DNA of 64,000 bases, from positions 1 to 64,000 of the forward strand of contig CAVZPM010000002.1 in NCBI GenBank assembly GCA_963777155.1, read 5' to 3'. A program made the translations under genes and the position numbers. Below the pieces are notes generated by a model. The model had not been told where the DNA came from. It made no database searches and was given only the letters and a program-made list of their open reading frames with translations. Positions 30,087 to 39,171 of the stretch are shown here, one piece after another (position 1 is the first letter of the stretch; the number at the start of each line of letters is the position of its first letter). The stretch comes from Candidatus Bathyarchaeota archaeon (lineage in GTDB: Archaea; Thermoproteota; Bathyarchaeia; Bathyarchaeales; Bathycorpusculaceae).

Positions 30087-30145
30087 GTTCTTTAAGCCCT
30101 AAAAGTTTAAAACTGTGCTCAAACTTTCTAGAAGCTAAAGATAAG

Positions 30146-30394
30146 GTGAATTTTTTGGCAGAACAAAAAAAGATAACACTCCAAGAGCTTCAACAGAATA
30201 ATGGTAAAAACGGTAAACCGGCTTACATCGCCTACCAAAATAAAGTCTATGATGTTTCAGAGAGCAGTTTTTGGATGGAAGGCGACCACATGGGCATGCA
30301 CGATGCTGGCAAAGACTTAACTGAGGAACTGGAGATGGCGCCACATAGAGACGAAACCATTAAACGAATAAAGTTCGTAGGCGATCTAGTCTAA
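30146..30394 (+). CDS. Cytochrome b5-like heme/steroid-binding protein
   Basis: NGKNGKPAYIAY..KVYDVS, H...H.AGKDLT...APH. Confidence 0.88.
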   Translation: MNFLAEQKKITLQELQQNNGKNGKPAYIAYQNKVYDVSESSFWMEGDHMGMHDAGKDLTEELEMAPHRDETIKRIKFVGDLV

Positions 30395-30400
30395 AGACCT

Positions 30401-31637
30401 TCAAAAGATGCATTGTAGTACGCTGTCAATTTTGTGTAGATCACTCAAAACATCTCTTATTTCTTTAACGCTCAATTTTTGTCTTACCTTATGAAGTTCA
30501 CTGATTGTCTGATTCAGATTATCAAAAGCGGACTTTACGTCTAAGTCTTCATTAAGACTATCTTCGAAGCCAGCCACAATTTTGCCTAGAACGGATTTTT
30601 TCCTCCGAAATGTGGCGCGAAGGTTTTGTCTTTTCTAAGTCTGCCACCATTTTTTTGAAAGCGTCCAGCCTCTGCGTAGTTTGAGCCAGCTTTTTCAATG
30701 TGAAATTCAGTTTCTTCCTATAAGGACCGTAAATAAGAAAGAACCTTAGCTGTTGGCTACTGAAACCTTTGGCTAATAAGTCGCTAAGGTAATAGACATT
30801 GCCTTTGCTCTTAGACATTTTTTTGCCGTCAACAAACAGGTGCCCACCATGTAACCAATACCTAGAGAACTGTTTGCCTGATACCGCTTCGGCAACCGCA
30901 AGCGTGTAGTCATGATGCCTCACCAAGTTATCACTTCCTCCGCAAGCAAAGTCGACACTGAAACCCAAGTGTTTGGTGACGATGGCTGCGTCCTGAATGT
31001 TCCATGCAGGTCTCCCGAAACCAATAGTTGTTTGATAACATTCATCGTCTTTTTTGCAGCCGTGCCAAAGAACAAAATCACCCCGATTCCAAGGGGTTCC
31101 TGGATAGGTATCTTTATGGAATCTACGTTTCTTTTTTGGCCATTTATTCATGTCTAAATGGGCAAGTTTGCCAAAACCCGCAAATTTTGATGGGTCAAAA
31201 TAGATGTTTTCCGAGCCTTTGTAAGCGTAATTGTATGCAATGCCTCTTTTGATTAGTTTAGAAATCAAGTCTGTTGTTTGGTCTATTGCTGTTGAAGCTT
31301 TAATTGGGTAGTCGGGCTTTTTGATTCTTAAGAGCTCAAAGTCCCTAAAGAATACTTTTTCGTTTCTTCGGGTTAACTCTTCTACAGTAAGGTTTTCTTT
31401 TTTTGCCTGAGCCAACGCTTTGTCTTCTACATCAGTTAACGTCATAAGCCGCCGAACATTGAACCCTAAATATTCGAGGTATCGCTGGAGTACGTCTTCG
31501 AAAAGGAAGGTACGGTAGTTTCCAATATGGGCGGGTTGATATGTCGATGGGCCACAGGTATACATTTTGACTTCTTTGCCTTCTTGGGGTTCAAAGGGCT
31601 CGATTTTTCTGGTTAACGAATTGTAGACGTTAATCAA
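30401..31637 (-). CDS. CysRS-like class I ligase (atypical paralogue), frameshift in the A-run near 30600
   Basis: YTCGP, HIGN, DFVLW, GRP.W, KMSKSKGN; removing one A restores a DALR-like C-terminus ending IDSVLQCIF*. Confidence 0.85.
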
Positions 31638-31651
31638 ATGATCTTCTCCGT

Positions 31652-32128
31652 TTAGGCAGTAACTTTTTCTTCCTTATCAATTTCTACGAGGGTTTTCTTC
31701 GCTTCCTCAACATGCCGCTGTGCTTGGGTTTGTGAAACAAAAACATGTCGAACTATGCCCTTCTTGTCAATAATGTAGGTGACTCGACCTGGAATAATGC
31801 CCATAGTTGAACGTACACCATACAAATCTCGGACTTTATTGTCTACATCGGCAAGAAGAATAAATGGTAATCCATAGTGCGTAGCGAAGGACTTGTGGGA
31901 TTCCACGCTTTGTCCGCTGACACCCAGCACTTCAGCCCCTAAATTGGCTAACTCTTCATAGTTGTCTCTAAAAGTGCAGGCTTCTTTTGTGCAACCTAGC
32001 GATTCATCCTTGGGGTAAAAATAGAGAACAACACTTTTTTTACCAAAATACTCTGAGAGAGTTACGTTGTCACCCATTTGAGAAGGAAGCGTGAAATCAG
32101 GCGCTTTATCACCGACTTTGACTGTCAA
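31652..32128 (-). CDS. bcp: Peroxiredoxin, BCP/PrxQ type
   Basis: VGDKAPDF, LYFYPKDESLGCTKEAC. Confidence 0.9.
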   Translation of the reverse strand: MTVKVGDKAPDFTLPSQMGDNVTLSEYFGKKSVVLYFYPKDESLGCTKEACTFRDNYEELANLGAEVLGVSGQSVESHKSFATHYGLPFILLADVDNKVRDLYGVRSTMGIIPGRVTYIIDKKGIVRHVFVSQTQAQRHVEEAKKTLVEIDKEEKVTA

Positions 32129-32226
32129 AAACTCCACCGCACAATAGTTGCTTTTAAGCTCTATATGGTTTTCGCACCAAATCAAACGATATAAGAGGCA
32201 GTGTATATAGCAACCGTGGCGATTGT

Positions 32227-32826
32227 TTGGAAAAAACCTTGACTGCTGCCAACCATAAATGTAGCGTTCTATACAATGTAGCATCTGGGGTTCCAATAGT
32301 TTTCTTCCATGGGTTATCCTACACAGCTAGCATCTGGCAACACATAGGTCTAACCGAATTTCTAATCGAGAAGCACATTTCCTTCTTAGCTTTGGATATG
32401 CCGTATGGGCTGAGAAGTCAATGCCAACCCAAAACTCGTAGCCCCCAACAAAACGTGGATTTTGCCAAAGAAGCTATCCAAACTTTTTTTCCAGCTGAAA
32501 CCCCATTGTTAGTTGGCGCCAGCATCGGCGGAAACATAGCCCTTCATTACGCATCACGATTCCCTGTGAAAGGCTTATTGTTAGTTGCGCCTGCGAGAGC
32601 CATTGATCCCACCTTGGCACAATCTTATAGTAGTTTCAGGTTTCCAACAACGATAGTCTGGGGAAAAGAGGACAATATTGTGGCAAGTGAAGACATGCGT
32701 AGCCTTGCAGACAGGTTACCCAACGCAAAACTCATCGTTTATGACGGCGCAAACCACTCTGCCTACAAAGATCAACCTGAAAGATTCAAACATGACCTGA
32801 TTGAACTTTACGCCAAGGTAGAGTAG
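32227..32826 (+). CDS. Alpha/beta hydrolase
   Basis: FHG, GASIGG nucleophile elbow, WGKED, GANH. Confidence 0.85.
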   Translation: MEKTLTAANHKCSVLYNVASGVPIVFFHGLSYTASIWQHIGLTEFLIEKHISFLALDMPYGLRSQCQPKTRSPQQNVDFAKEAIQTFFPAETPLLVGASIGGNIALHYASRFPVKGLLLVAPARAIDPTLAQSYSSFRFPTTIVWGKEDNIVASEDMRSLADRLPNAKLIVYDGANHSAYKDQPERFKHDLIELYAKVE

Positions 32827-32828
32827 CT

Positions 32829-33386
32829 TTATTGCGGTTTAGCTGTTAGGACATAATGGAACGGTCCAGCATCCCGTGTGTCCAGGACTGTGAACCCAGA
32901 TGCCCTCATCAGATTTGACGCTTGCTCTTGACTGAATCTTATTGCCACAGGTGGTCCAAACAGCATCTCCTGTTTTTTCCAGTCTAAATCAATCAGGTGC
33001 CCCATGGGCTTTATCATTTGTTTTGCGTTTTGAAGTACTTTTACGGGGTCATCAAAGTCGTGCAGGTCCATGCAGTAAATGATGAAATCGCTGCATTGAT
33101 TACAGAAAACTGTGTCTTCGGCTTTTCCCACTTTAGTAGTGATGTTGGTTAAGCCTTCTGTTTTTGCTTTGCTTCTTAATTTCTCAATTCCTATGGGATC
33201 TATATCGACGGCGTAGACTTTGCCGTTTTTCCCAACTTTTTTTGATGCCAAAAGGGTGAAGAAGCCTTCGCCACAACCGACATCAACAAAAACCATGCCT
33301 TCGTGTAGGTCTTGCAAGACTGTGTCTGGGTTGTACCATGATCGCCTGGTGGCTTCGTCTAGGTTAAATCCGCCGTGGCATCCCAA
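32829..33386 (-). CDS. Class I SAM-dependent methyltransferase
   Basis: VDVGCGEG, VYAVD, DWKK..GPP. Confidence 0.88.
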   Translation of the reverse strand: MGCHGGFNLDEATRRSWYNPDTVLQDLHEGMVFVDVGCGEGFFTLLASKKVGKNGKVYAVDIDPIGIEKLRSKAKTEGLTNITTKVGKAEDTVFCNQCSDFIIYCMDLHDFDDPVKVLQNAKQMIKPMGHLIDLDWKKQEMLFGPPVAIRFSQEQASNLMRASGFTVLDTRDAGPFHYVLTAKPQ

Positions 33387-33387
33387 A

Positions 33388-33699
33388 CTAAAAACCTGCT
33401 GGTTCTGGCTTTAAGAGTTCTCGGATTTGTTTTTCATGCGTTTGCCGAGTAGTTAAGGGATAGATTTCACGTTCACTGTCAAAGAACATTGGATCTTGTC
33501 CTACAATTTTTGACAGACTCTCGTCGGAGTCAACGTTGACTATTAACATGCTGCCTTGTTGCCCAATAAGATGGTAGGAAACCTCAAGCGTCTTTTCTTT
33601 CTCCAAAGTATCAAAATACTTGAATTGCAAAGGAAGCAATTTTGCCCATTTCTCGATGGGAACTTCACGTTTAATTTTCTGTATAATTAAAAACTTCAT
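33388..33699 (-). CDS. Muconolactone isomerase-like small protein
   Basis: MKFLI..., G..IVNVDS.E.L...DP...EIYPL pattern. Confidence 0.6.
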   Translation of the reverse strand: MKFLIIQKIKREVPIEKWAKLLPLQFKYFDTLEKEKTLEVSYHLIGQQGSMLIVNVDSDESLSKIVGQDPMFFDSEREIYPLTTRQTHEKQIRELLKPEPAGF

Positions 33700-33845
33700 A
33701 ATTATTCCTTAGTAGAAAGTGGTTGTTTGGATATAAAATCTTTCTTCGTCAAAAAGCTATGCTATAAACAACATCTAAAAAAATTAATGCTCATAAAGAA
33801 CAGTTCAAAAAAATAAGGAAAGAAATAGTTTTGGTTTTGGCGTGT

Positions 33846-33998
33846 TTACTGCTTGTTTTCGCCGCCTCGCCTCATCATCTCAGGAATTTTGGTGGAAGCC
33901 TTAGACATCGCGTCTTTAACAACATCCATCAATTCCTCGTTGACTTCCAGTTCAACTGTAACCTTCAGTTTTCCCTTCTTTTCACCCATTTCAGTCAT
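33846..33998 (-). CDS. 50-aa hypothetical protein (below the ORF-track cutoff)
   Basis: MTEMGEKKGKLKVTVELEVNEELMDVVKDAMSK...; GGAGGTGG SD; overlaps the upstream gene's stop. Confidence 0.7.
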   Translation of the reverse strand: MTEMGEKKGKLKVTVELEVNEELMDVVKDAMSKASTKIPEMMRRGGENKQ

Positions 33999-34290
33999 GG
34001 AACCACCTCCTAAACCTGCTCAGTTGTTTAGGAAACAAGTTACCCAAAAGATGAACCGCCTGCATGCCAGTCAAATCCAAATTAATCTCGATTCGGTAAT
34101 GGTATTTGCCTAGCCGTTTAGTATGTGTTTTGTATTCCCCGATTGCCCCTGCTTCTTTGAATCGGTGTAACTGTTGATTCATAAGAACCGTTATTGCTGT
34201 GGGTGCTAAGGGTTCAAAGACAAAAGCTACTCTCATTAGAACTCGAATTGCGCTGCCGACCAAAGATTCAGAAATCGTTTCGTTTGCCAT
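33991..34290 (-). CDS. Hypothetical protein
   Basis: 99-aa ORF with a GAGG SD. Confidence 0.65.
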   Translation of the reverse strand: MANETISESLVGSAIRVLMRVAFVFEPLAPTAITVLMNQQLHRFKEAGAIGEYKTHTKRLGKYHYRIEINLDLTGMQAVHLLGNLFPKQLSRFRRWFHD

Positions 34291-34416
34291 TTGTTTTCCT
34301 CTAAAACTACCGATGATCCCTTTTTTTGGGTCCAGAACTTAGTAATTATTAGTTAGGAGATATTTTTTAAGGTTGCGTGACAGTTGATGGTCAATTATAG
34401 TTAGGTTGTTTGGTCT

Positions 34417-34920
34417 ATGGAGGAATTTAACCTGCAAATCTACGGCTGCAGAAAATGCAGGCTCTGGCAGGGAGCCAAACACGCCGTGCCGGGCGAGGGA
34501 CCGTTAAACGCTAAAGTCATGTTGGTAGGGCAGAACCCTGGGGCAGACGAGGATGAATTGGGTAGACCCTTTGTTGGGCGAGCTGGAAAATATCTAACAA
34601 AAACACTCGCTGAATACGGTATTAGACGTGAAGACGTCTTCATTACTAACATCGTTAAACATGTCTCTCCTAAAAATCGTAAACCCTTCGACGACGAAGT
34701 TAGAGCATGCTTACCTTACCTGACTGCTCAAGTCAATTTTATCAAGCCAAAAATAATTGTGCTTTTAGGCGCATCAGCAAAAGAAACCCCGCGAATAGAC
34801 GGCGTAGAATACATCCAAGTCATTCATCCCTCAGCCGCCATGCGCTTTACAAAAATGAGGGAGAAGTTCAGGCAGCAAATTGGCGAAGTTGCAAAACAAA
34901 TTACAGCGATAAAAACCTGA
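34417..34920 (+). CDS. Uracil-DNA glycosylase, family 4-like
   Basis: CxxC.L...VPGEG, VGQNPG..ED..GRPFVGRAG, HPSA. Confidence 0.9.
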   Translation: MEEFNLQIYGCRKCRLWQGAKHAVPGEGPLNAKVMLVGQNPGADEDELGRPFVGRAGKYLTKTLAEYGIRREDVFITNIVKHVSPKNRKPFDDEVRACLPYLTAQVNFIKPKIIVLLGASAKETPRIDGVEYIQVIHPSAAMRFTKMREKFRQQIGEVAKQITAIKT

Positions 34921-34922
34921 AC

Positions 34923-35528
34923 TCATTTCATGGGTTGCCTTAGGATGGTTTTCAGTTTTTCTGGGGCTGTTGTGGCCGGGTTGTTTAAGTAGATTTCGTG
35001 GTGTTTGCCACTTAGTGAGTGCCCGCTGTTTTGGATGTAGGCATGTATTTTCGCAATTGTTGGTCCTTCAGCTGAAAATGGCCCAATATACATTATTTGT
35101 GCGGAGGGTCCTTCATTGAAGCTTTCAAACTTTACCTTGGGCAGCGCTGCCGGATTCTTTTTCTTCTTTACCTGTTCAACCGCCACTTTGAAGTCGTCAG
35201 CGGTTACGTATTTAGGCTGCATTATCATGGCTGTCCACTTCCACTCATCTTTGCGGTCTGCGCTGAACTTGGTCATGTCGTCCACCCACCATAAGCCTTC
35301 AAGCGGCATCACAACATAATCTATGCCTTTACCTTTCTTAACAAGAAATTTGAGTGTATAAGCGACACTAAATAAAGCTTCAATAGCTTCACTGTACTGT
35401 GATGATGTAGGTGCACCTTCGCCGTTAACCAAGAGAAAGTTCATGGCTGGAACTTCAACAACGGTGACCTCTTTCACTGAAGGATTATATAGGTTTTTTA
35501 ACTCTTTTTTTAAGTCAATTTTATCCAT
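34923..35528 (-). CDS. GyrI-like domain protein
   Basis: KIDLKK, VMPLEGLWW, WTAMIMQP, HHEIYL. Confidence 0.88.
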   Translation of the reverse strand: MDKIDLKKELKNLYNPSVKEVTVVEVPAMNFLLVNGEGAPTSSQYSEAIEALFSVAYTLKFLVKKGKGIDYVVMPLEGLWWVDDMTKFSADRKDEWKWTAMIMQPKYVTADDFKVAVEQVKKKKNPAALPKVKFESFNEGPSAQIMYIGPFSAEGPTIAKIHAYIQNSGHSLSGKHHEIYLNNPATTAPEKLKTILRQPMK

Positions 35529-35665
35529 TGAACCTACCCAACTTTCATTATTATTGGATTTAAAATAAAAAACTAGTGCACAACCCACTAGCAATCGCCT
35601 GTTGCTTAACACCCAGAAATGTCAACGTTAAAACTATAAATGAAAGGAGCCACAATTATTTTTAG

Positions 35666-35989
35666 GTGAATTTTGTGGTTTTAGCCAGAATGTCTTTTTG
35701 GTATTTCAAAGCTGGAAAACGCGAGGAAGGCTTTGCAGAACTTGATAAGATTCTAAATACTTTGGCTCAGATTTCAGAGGGCTTTCGCGGATACATGTCG
35801 CTTATATCCCATGAAGATCCAAAAGCCGTGACGATCCTCACGCTTTGGCAGGATGAAGATGCGCTTAAGAAGTCAGAGCTTGATGTTTTTGCGAGGGCAA
35901 CTCAAAAAGTCCAAGATCAACTCGAAAGGCCACCTCGGGTTGAGAACTACAGAGTATACTCAACGGAACTTTTCCAACGACAGCAATAG
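35666..35989 (+). CDS. Antibiotic biosynthesis monooxygenase (ABM) family protein
   Basis: K.GKREE, GFRG, .TLW..E. Confidence 0.75.
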   Translation: MNFVVLARMSFWYFKAGKREEGFAELDKILNTLAQISEGFRGYMSLISHEDPKAVTILTLWQDEDALKKSELDVFARATQKVQDQLERPPRVENYRVYSTELFQRQQ

Positions 35990-36161
35990 GTTGACCCTAA
36001 AAGGCTGCTTTTTTATCAGCAGACCGCTTTTTTAGATTTGTGAGAGATTGCCTGGGGATTATTTGAAAGGCTGATTCGCCGCTTTTAGGGTTCAAGCTTT
36101 CAATTTAGTTTTTCATCAGTGGGTCACGATTTCCGAAAACAACAGCGCCCTGTGACTTCTT

Positions 36162-38228
36162 TCAGGTTGCTTTTAGGTTGATTGTCCCCTTGGTGTAGGG
36201 CACAAACTCTCTGACCTGCTCAATCGATGTTTTTCCAGCTTTTTCACGTTGCTCCTTAGACAACTTAAGCATCAGGGATTTGAGAATCTGCTTGAGCAAC
36301 TCTTTACCCACAATATCTCCTGGAACAAGGACTACATATGACTTGGTTTTCGCTTTCACAGCATCCACTGGACCACCCACAAAACTTGTTTCTTCCCCAA
36401 CGATTATGCCGATTGCAACCCTTAGCGGTGTATTGCGTGACCAGTTGCGTTTGCCCACAACAAAGAAGGCGCCATGAGGAACCGACTCGCCCGAAGGACC
36501 ACTCTTGCTTAGCTGGTCAACTTTCACCCAGTAAACATCCGCTGTGCCCAAGTTTTCTCTCCAACCTCGCGAATAAGACGCTGCAAACTCGCCTGCTTCA
36601 TGCAGCGCCTGCTCACTGACCGGTCTGCCCTCAGCTTTAATGACAACAAATGGTGAACCAGTGATTTCAGCGTGAAAAACCACATCCTCCTGCAACGTAT
36701 ACTTTTTTATAAGCACCTCGTTGCTGACTGTATCTTTGCCCGCAACAACCAAGAAACCGTCGGAAGAAATGTACCAGCGGAATTTCTCATACCACTCCTT
36801 ATTTTCCAATTCGACTTTGCGTTTAGAGAGTGCCTCCATCATTTCTGCCGGTTTGAGGCTCTTGAGCGCTTCCGCTTCAGCCAATTCACGCTCAATTTTA
36901 GCAAGTTTCCTCCTAGAATCTTGAAGAGCTGAAAGTGCCCCTTGAGATTTCTCTTTAGCCCGTTTGCCCCGTTCATAATACCTGTTGGCGTTGTCGAAGA
37001 GGGAATCTCGCAGGTTAAAACTAAAATGGAAATTATCCATGCCCAAGTTTAATGCGAGGTTTTTGCCATCGAATGATTCAAAGTAAGCCGCAGGGGCTTT
37101 GCCTGTTTTCTTTGCCGCCATAACCGCTGTGATGATTGTGTCCCATTCATGTCCCTGATTGTTGGCTTTGAGGAGTTGTTCCTGGAAGGTTTGAAGTTCG
37201 TTGAAGTGGGCGTAGATGGTGTCGCCGATGAGTTTGTCGCGTTCAGCTTTGGCTTCATCTTCATGGATGGATTTTTCCTGTTCTGCAACCATTCGTCTTA
37301 GGCGCTCGGCTTCTTTTTTTAGCTTGTCAACTTCAACACTTGCAAACGCCCTCTCAGCCGTAATAACCCGCAGATAAAACTCGTCAAGCGCCTGGTTGAA
37401 AGAGTTGTAAACCTGAACATTGCAGCCTTCATAACGCCTAAGCTTAATGGGAACAACATCCACGAAATCGCCTTCCTCTCCTAAAACTATGCTTGCCTCC
37501 AAGTTGCCGCCTGAAACCGCCGCCAGCAAGGTTTGCAGAGCCTCAAAAATCCCCTTGACCTCCTCGCTTGCCAAGGCGTTGCAATGTTTGGTTTTATCTA
37601 CGTCGGCTCTTAGTAGGATTTCTTCAGAGTAAACTCCCCCTACACCCAAAAACCGCGCTACAACCCGAACAATCTCTGTTTCCCCTGCGTTTTTGAGGGC
37701 TTCCTCCAGTTCGCTTTGGGTTACTTTGAAGGGGTTTTTGCCGCTTGAAGGCGGAAGTGCCAATACCACGTTGTGGAGGATGTCTCGGTCACGCATTTTT
37801 TTGTAGGCTAAAGCGTGAATGATTACGTTTTGCTCGTTTGTCAGTATGATGTTGCCTTCGCCGAAGAGCTCCACAACCAGTTTAAGCACTCCAGTTTTTG
37901 TTCGAAAGCCAACTGTGACGATTCTTTCAAACTCGTACTGGTCAATTCCAGCTACCCATGCGTTACGCAGGTATTTTCTAAGTGCCATGCAGAACGCTGG
38001 AGGTTCAGAGGGGTTTTCTTCCGCATAACTGGTGACATGTAACCTTCTGCCTGCCTCAAGAACTAGCCGTATTGGCGGCATGTCGGTTTTGTGGAGTTTG
38101 AAGACCACGGTTTTTTCGTCAAGTTGGTAGATGTTGTTCACTCTAGACTCTGCTAAAATGGTTTTTAGTTCTTTAATTGCTGCGGCAATGTCAAAGCTTG
38201 AGAACTCTTTTTTACGCAACATCGGCAC
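36162..38228 (-). CDS. rqcH: Ribosome rescue protein RqcH (NFACT family)
   Basis: SSFDI, F.M.LRKYL, ELFGEGNIIL, WYEKFRW, GKD..SNE, FHAEI.G. Confidence 0.92.
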   Translation of the reverse strand: MPMLRKKEFSSFDIAAAIKELKTILAESRVNNIYQLDEKTVVFKLHKTDMPPIRLVLEAGRRLHVTSYAEENPSEPPAFCMALRKYLRNAWVAGIDQYEFERIVTVGFRTKTGVLKLVVELFGEGNIILTNEQNVIIHALAYKKMRDRDILHNVVLALPPSSGKNPFKVTQSELEEALKNAGETEIVRVVARFLGVGGVYSEEILLRADVDKTKHCNALASEEVKGIFEALQTLLAAVSGGNLEASIVLGEEGDFVDVVPIKLRRYEGCNVQVYNSFNQALDEFYLRVITAERAFASVEVDKLKKEAERLRRMVAEQEKSIHEDEAKAERDKLIGDTIYAHFNELQTFQEQLLKANNQGHEWDTIITAVMAAKKTGKAPAAYFESFDGKNLALNLGMDNFHFSFNLRDSLFDNANRYYERGKRAKEKSQGALSALQDSRRKLAKIERELAEAEALKSLKPAEMMEALSKRKVELENKEWYEKFRWYISSDGFLVVAGKDTVSNEVLIKKYTLQEDVVFHAEITGSPFVVIKAEGRPVSEQALHEAGEFAASYSRGWRENLGTADVYWVKVDQLSKSGPSGESVPHGAFFVVGKRNWSRNTPLRVAIGIIVGEETSFVGGPVDAVKAKTKSYVVLVPGDIVGKELLKQILKSLMLKLSKEQREKAGKTSIEQVREFVPYTKGTINLKAT

Positions 38229-38386
38229 CGCTATCTTAGGGATATAGTAGTTGACTATAAAATAACCGTTTTCACAGTCAAATCTCCAAATTGCAGAGAA
38301 ATCAGGGTTTTTGCGAAGGAAACGATTAATACTTAGGCATCTTTTTTAAGTAACAACAAAATATACACAGCAAGGAATCGATTTAC

Positions 38387-38698
38387 ATGACACCTGTAGT
38401 TCAGCTTTACTGGATAAGAGTCGTATTAGGAATTGTTGCGGGGTTAGTGACAGGGTTTATTGCTGCGTTCTTTGGCGGCGAAGCTGGCTTGGCTGACTCA
38501 ACAACTCTCATAAATAGCATAACAATAGCCTTGCTAATCTACTTTGTAACATACTACATCCTGAGAGCAACCTACAAGGATAAAATAGAGAAATCATCAA
38601 AAATCCTCAGCACAGCAATAGGCATGTACTTCTTTGCCTGGATTACGTTCTTCGTGCTATTCTACACAGCATTCGTTATAGTATTGGGATTCGTTTAA
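38387..38698 (+). CDS. Small three-TM membrane protein, EMC6-like
   Basis: YWIRVVLGIVAG...GMYFFAWITFFVLFYT pattern. Confidence 0.55.
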   Translation: MTPVVQLYWIRVVLGIVAGLVTGFIAAFFGGEAGLADSTTLINSITIALLIYFVTYYILRATYKDKIEKSSKILSTAIGMYFFAWITFFVLFYTAFVIVLGFV

Positions 38699-38701
38699 GA
38701 A

Positions 38702-39169
38702 TTATTCTTCTTTTCCTTCCGCTTTCTGCAGAAAATTTGCGATAGTAGCCTGACTTTTGTCGCTTCGTAGAGTTTCGATTTTCTCTTCTCCAACTACTTT
38801 CACATTGCCGCTTTGAGAACTTGGGATATCCATACGTGTTATGATACGCATGCAGTCTGCCCACGCTGAAAAATATCCCCGATCGAAATCTCCATGTAAA
38901 CCGTTACCCATATGGGCAAGGAACTCTTTTCTGTAGTTGTTTAGTGCTATTTTGTCGGAGAAATCCATTTTTGAAAAAAATGCATAATCGTCTGTGGCGC
39001 TGCTCTTGCGGGAAAGGTACATGCCATAAAGTGCTCGGAAATATCCTCTGTTCCATTCAGTTTTCTGCATTTTCTGTTTTACTCTTTCCAGTTCACGTTC
39101 AGCTTCGGTGAATTGCCTGCTGACTATAAGCTGGAAATACCTAGTGACTAAGGCTTGTGAAATCGGCAT
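38702..39169 (-). CDS. Hypothetical protein downstream of radA
   Basis: 155-aa ORF, 2 nt from the radA stop; internal RGYF repeat. Confidence 0.7.
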   Translation of the reverse strand: MPISQALVTRYFQLIVSRQFTEAERELERVKQKMQKTEWNRGYFRALYGMYLSRKSSATDDYAFFSKMDFSDKIALNNYRKEFLAHMGNGLHGDFDRGYFSAWADCMRIITRMDIPSSQSGNVKVVGEEKIETLRSDKSQATIANFLQKAEGKEE

Positions 39170-39171
39170 AC

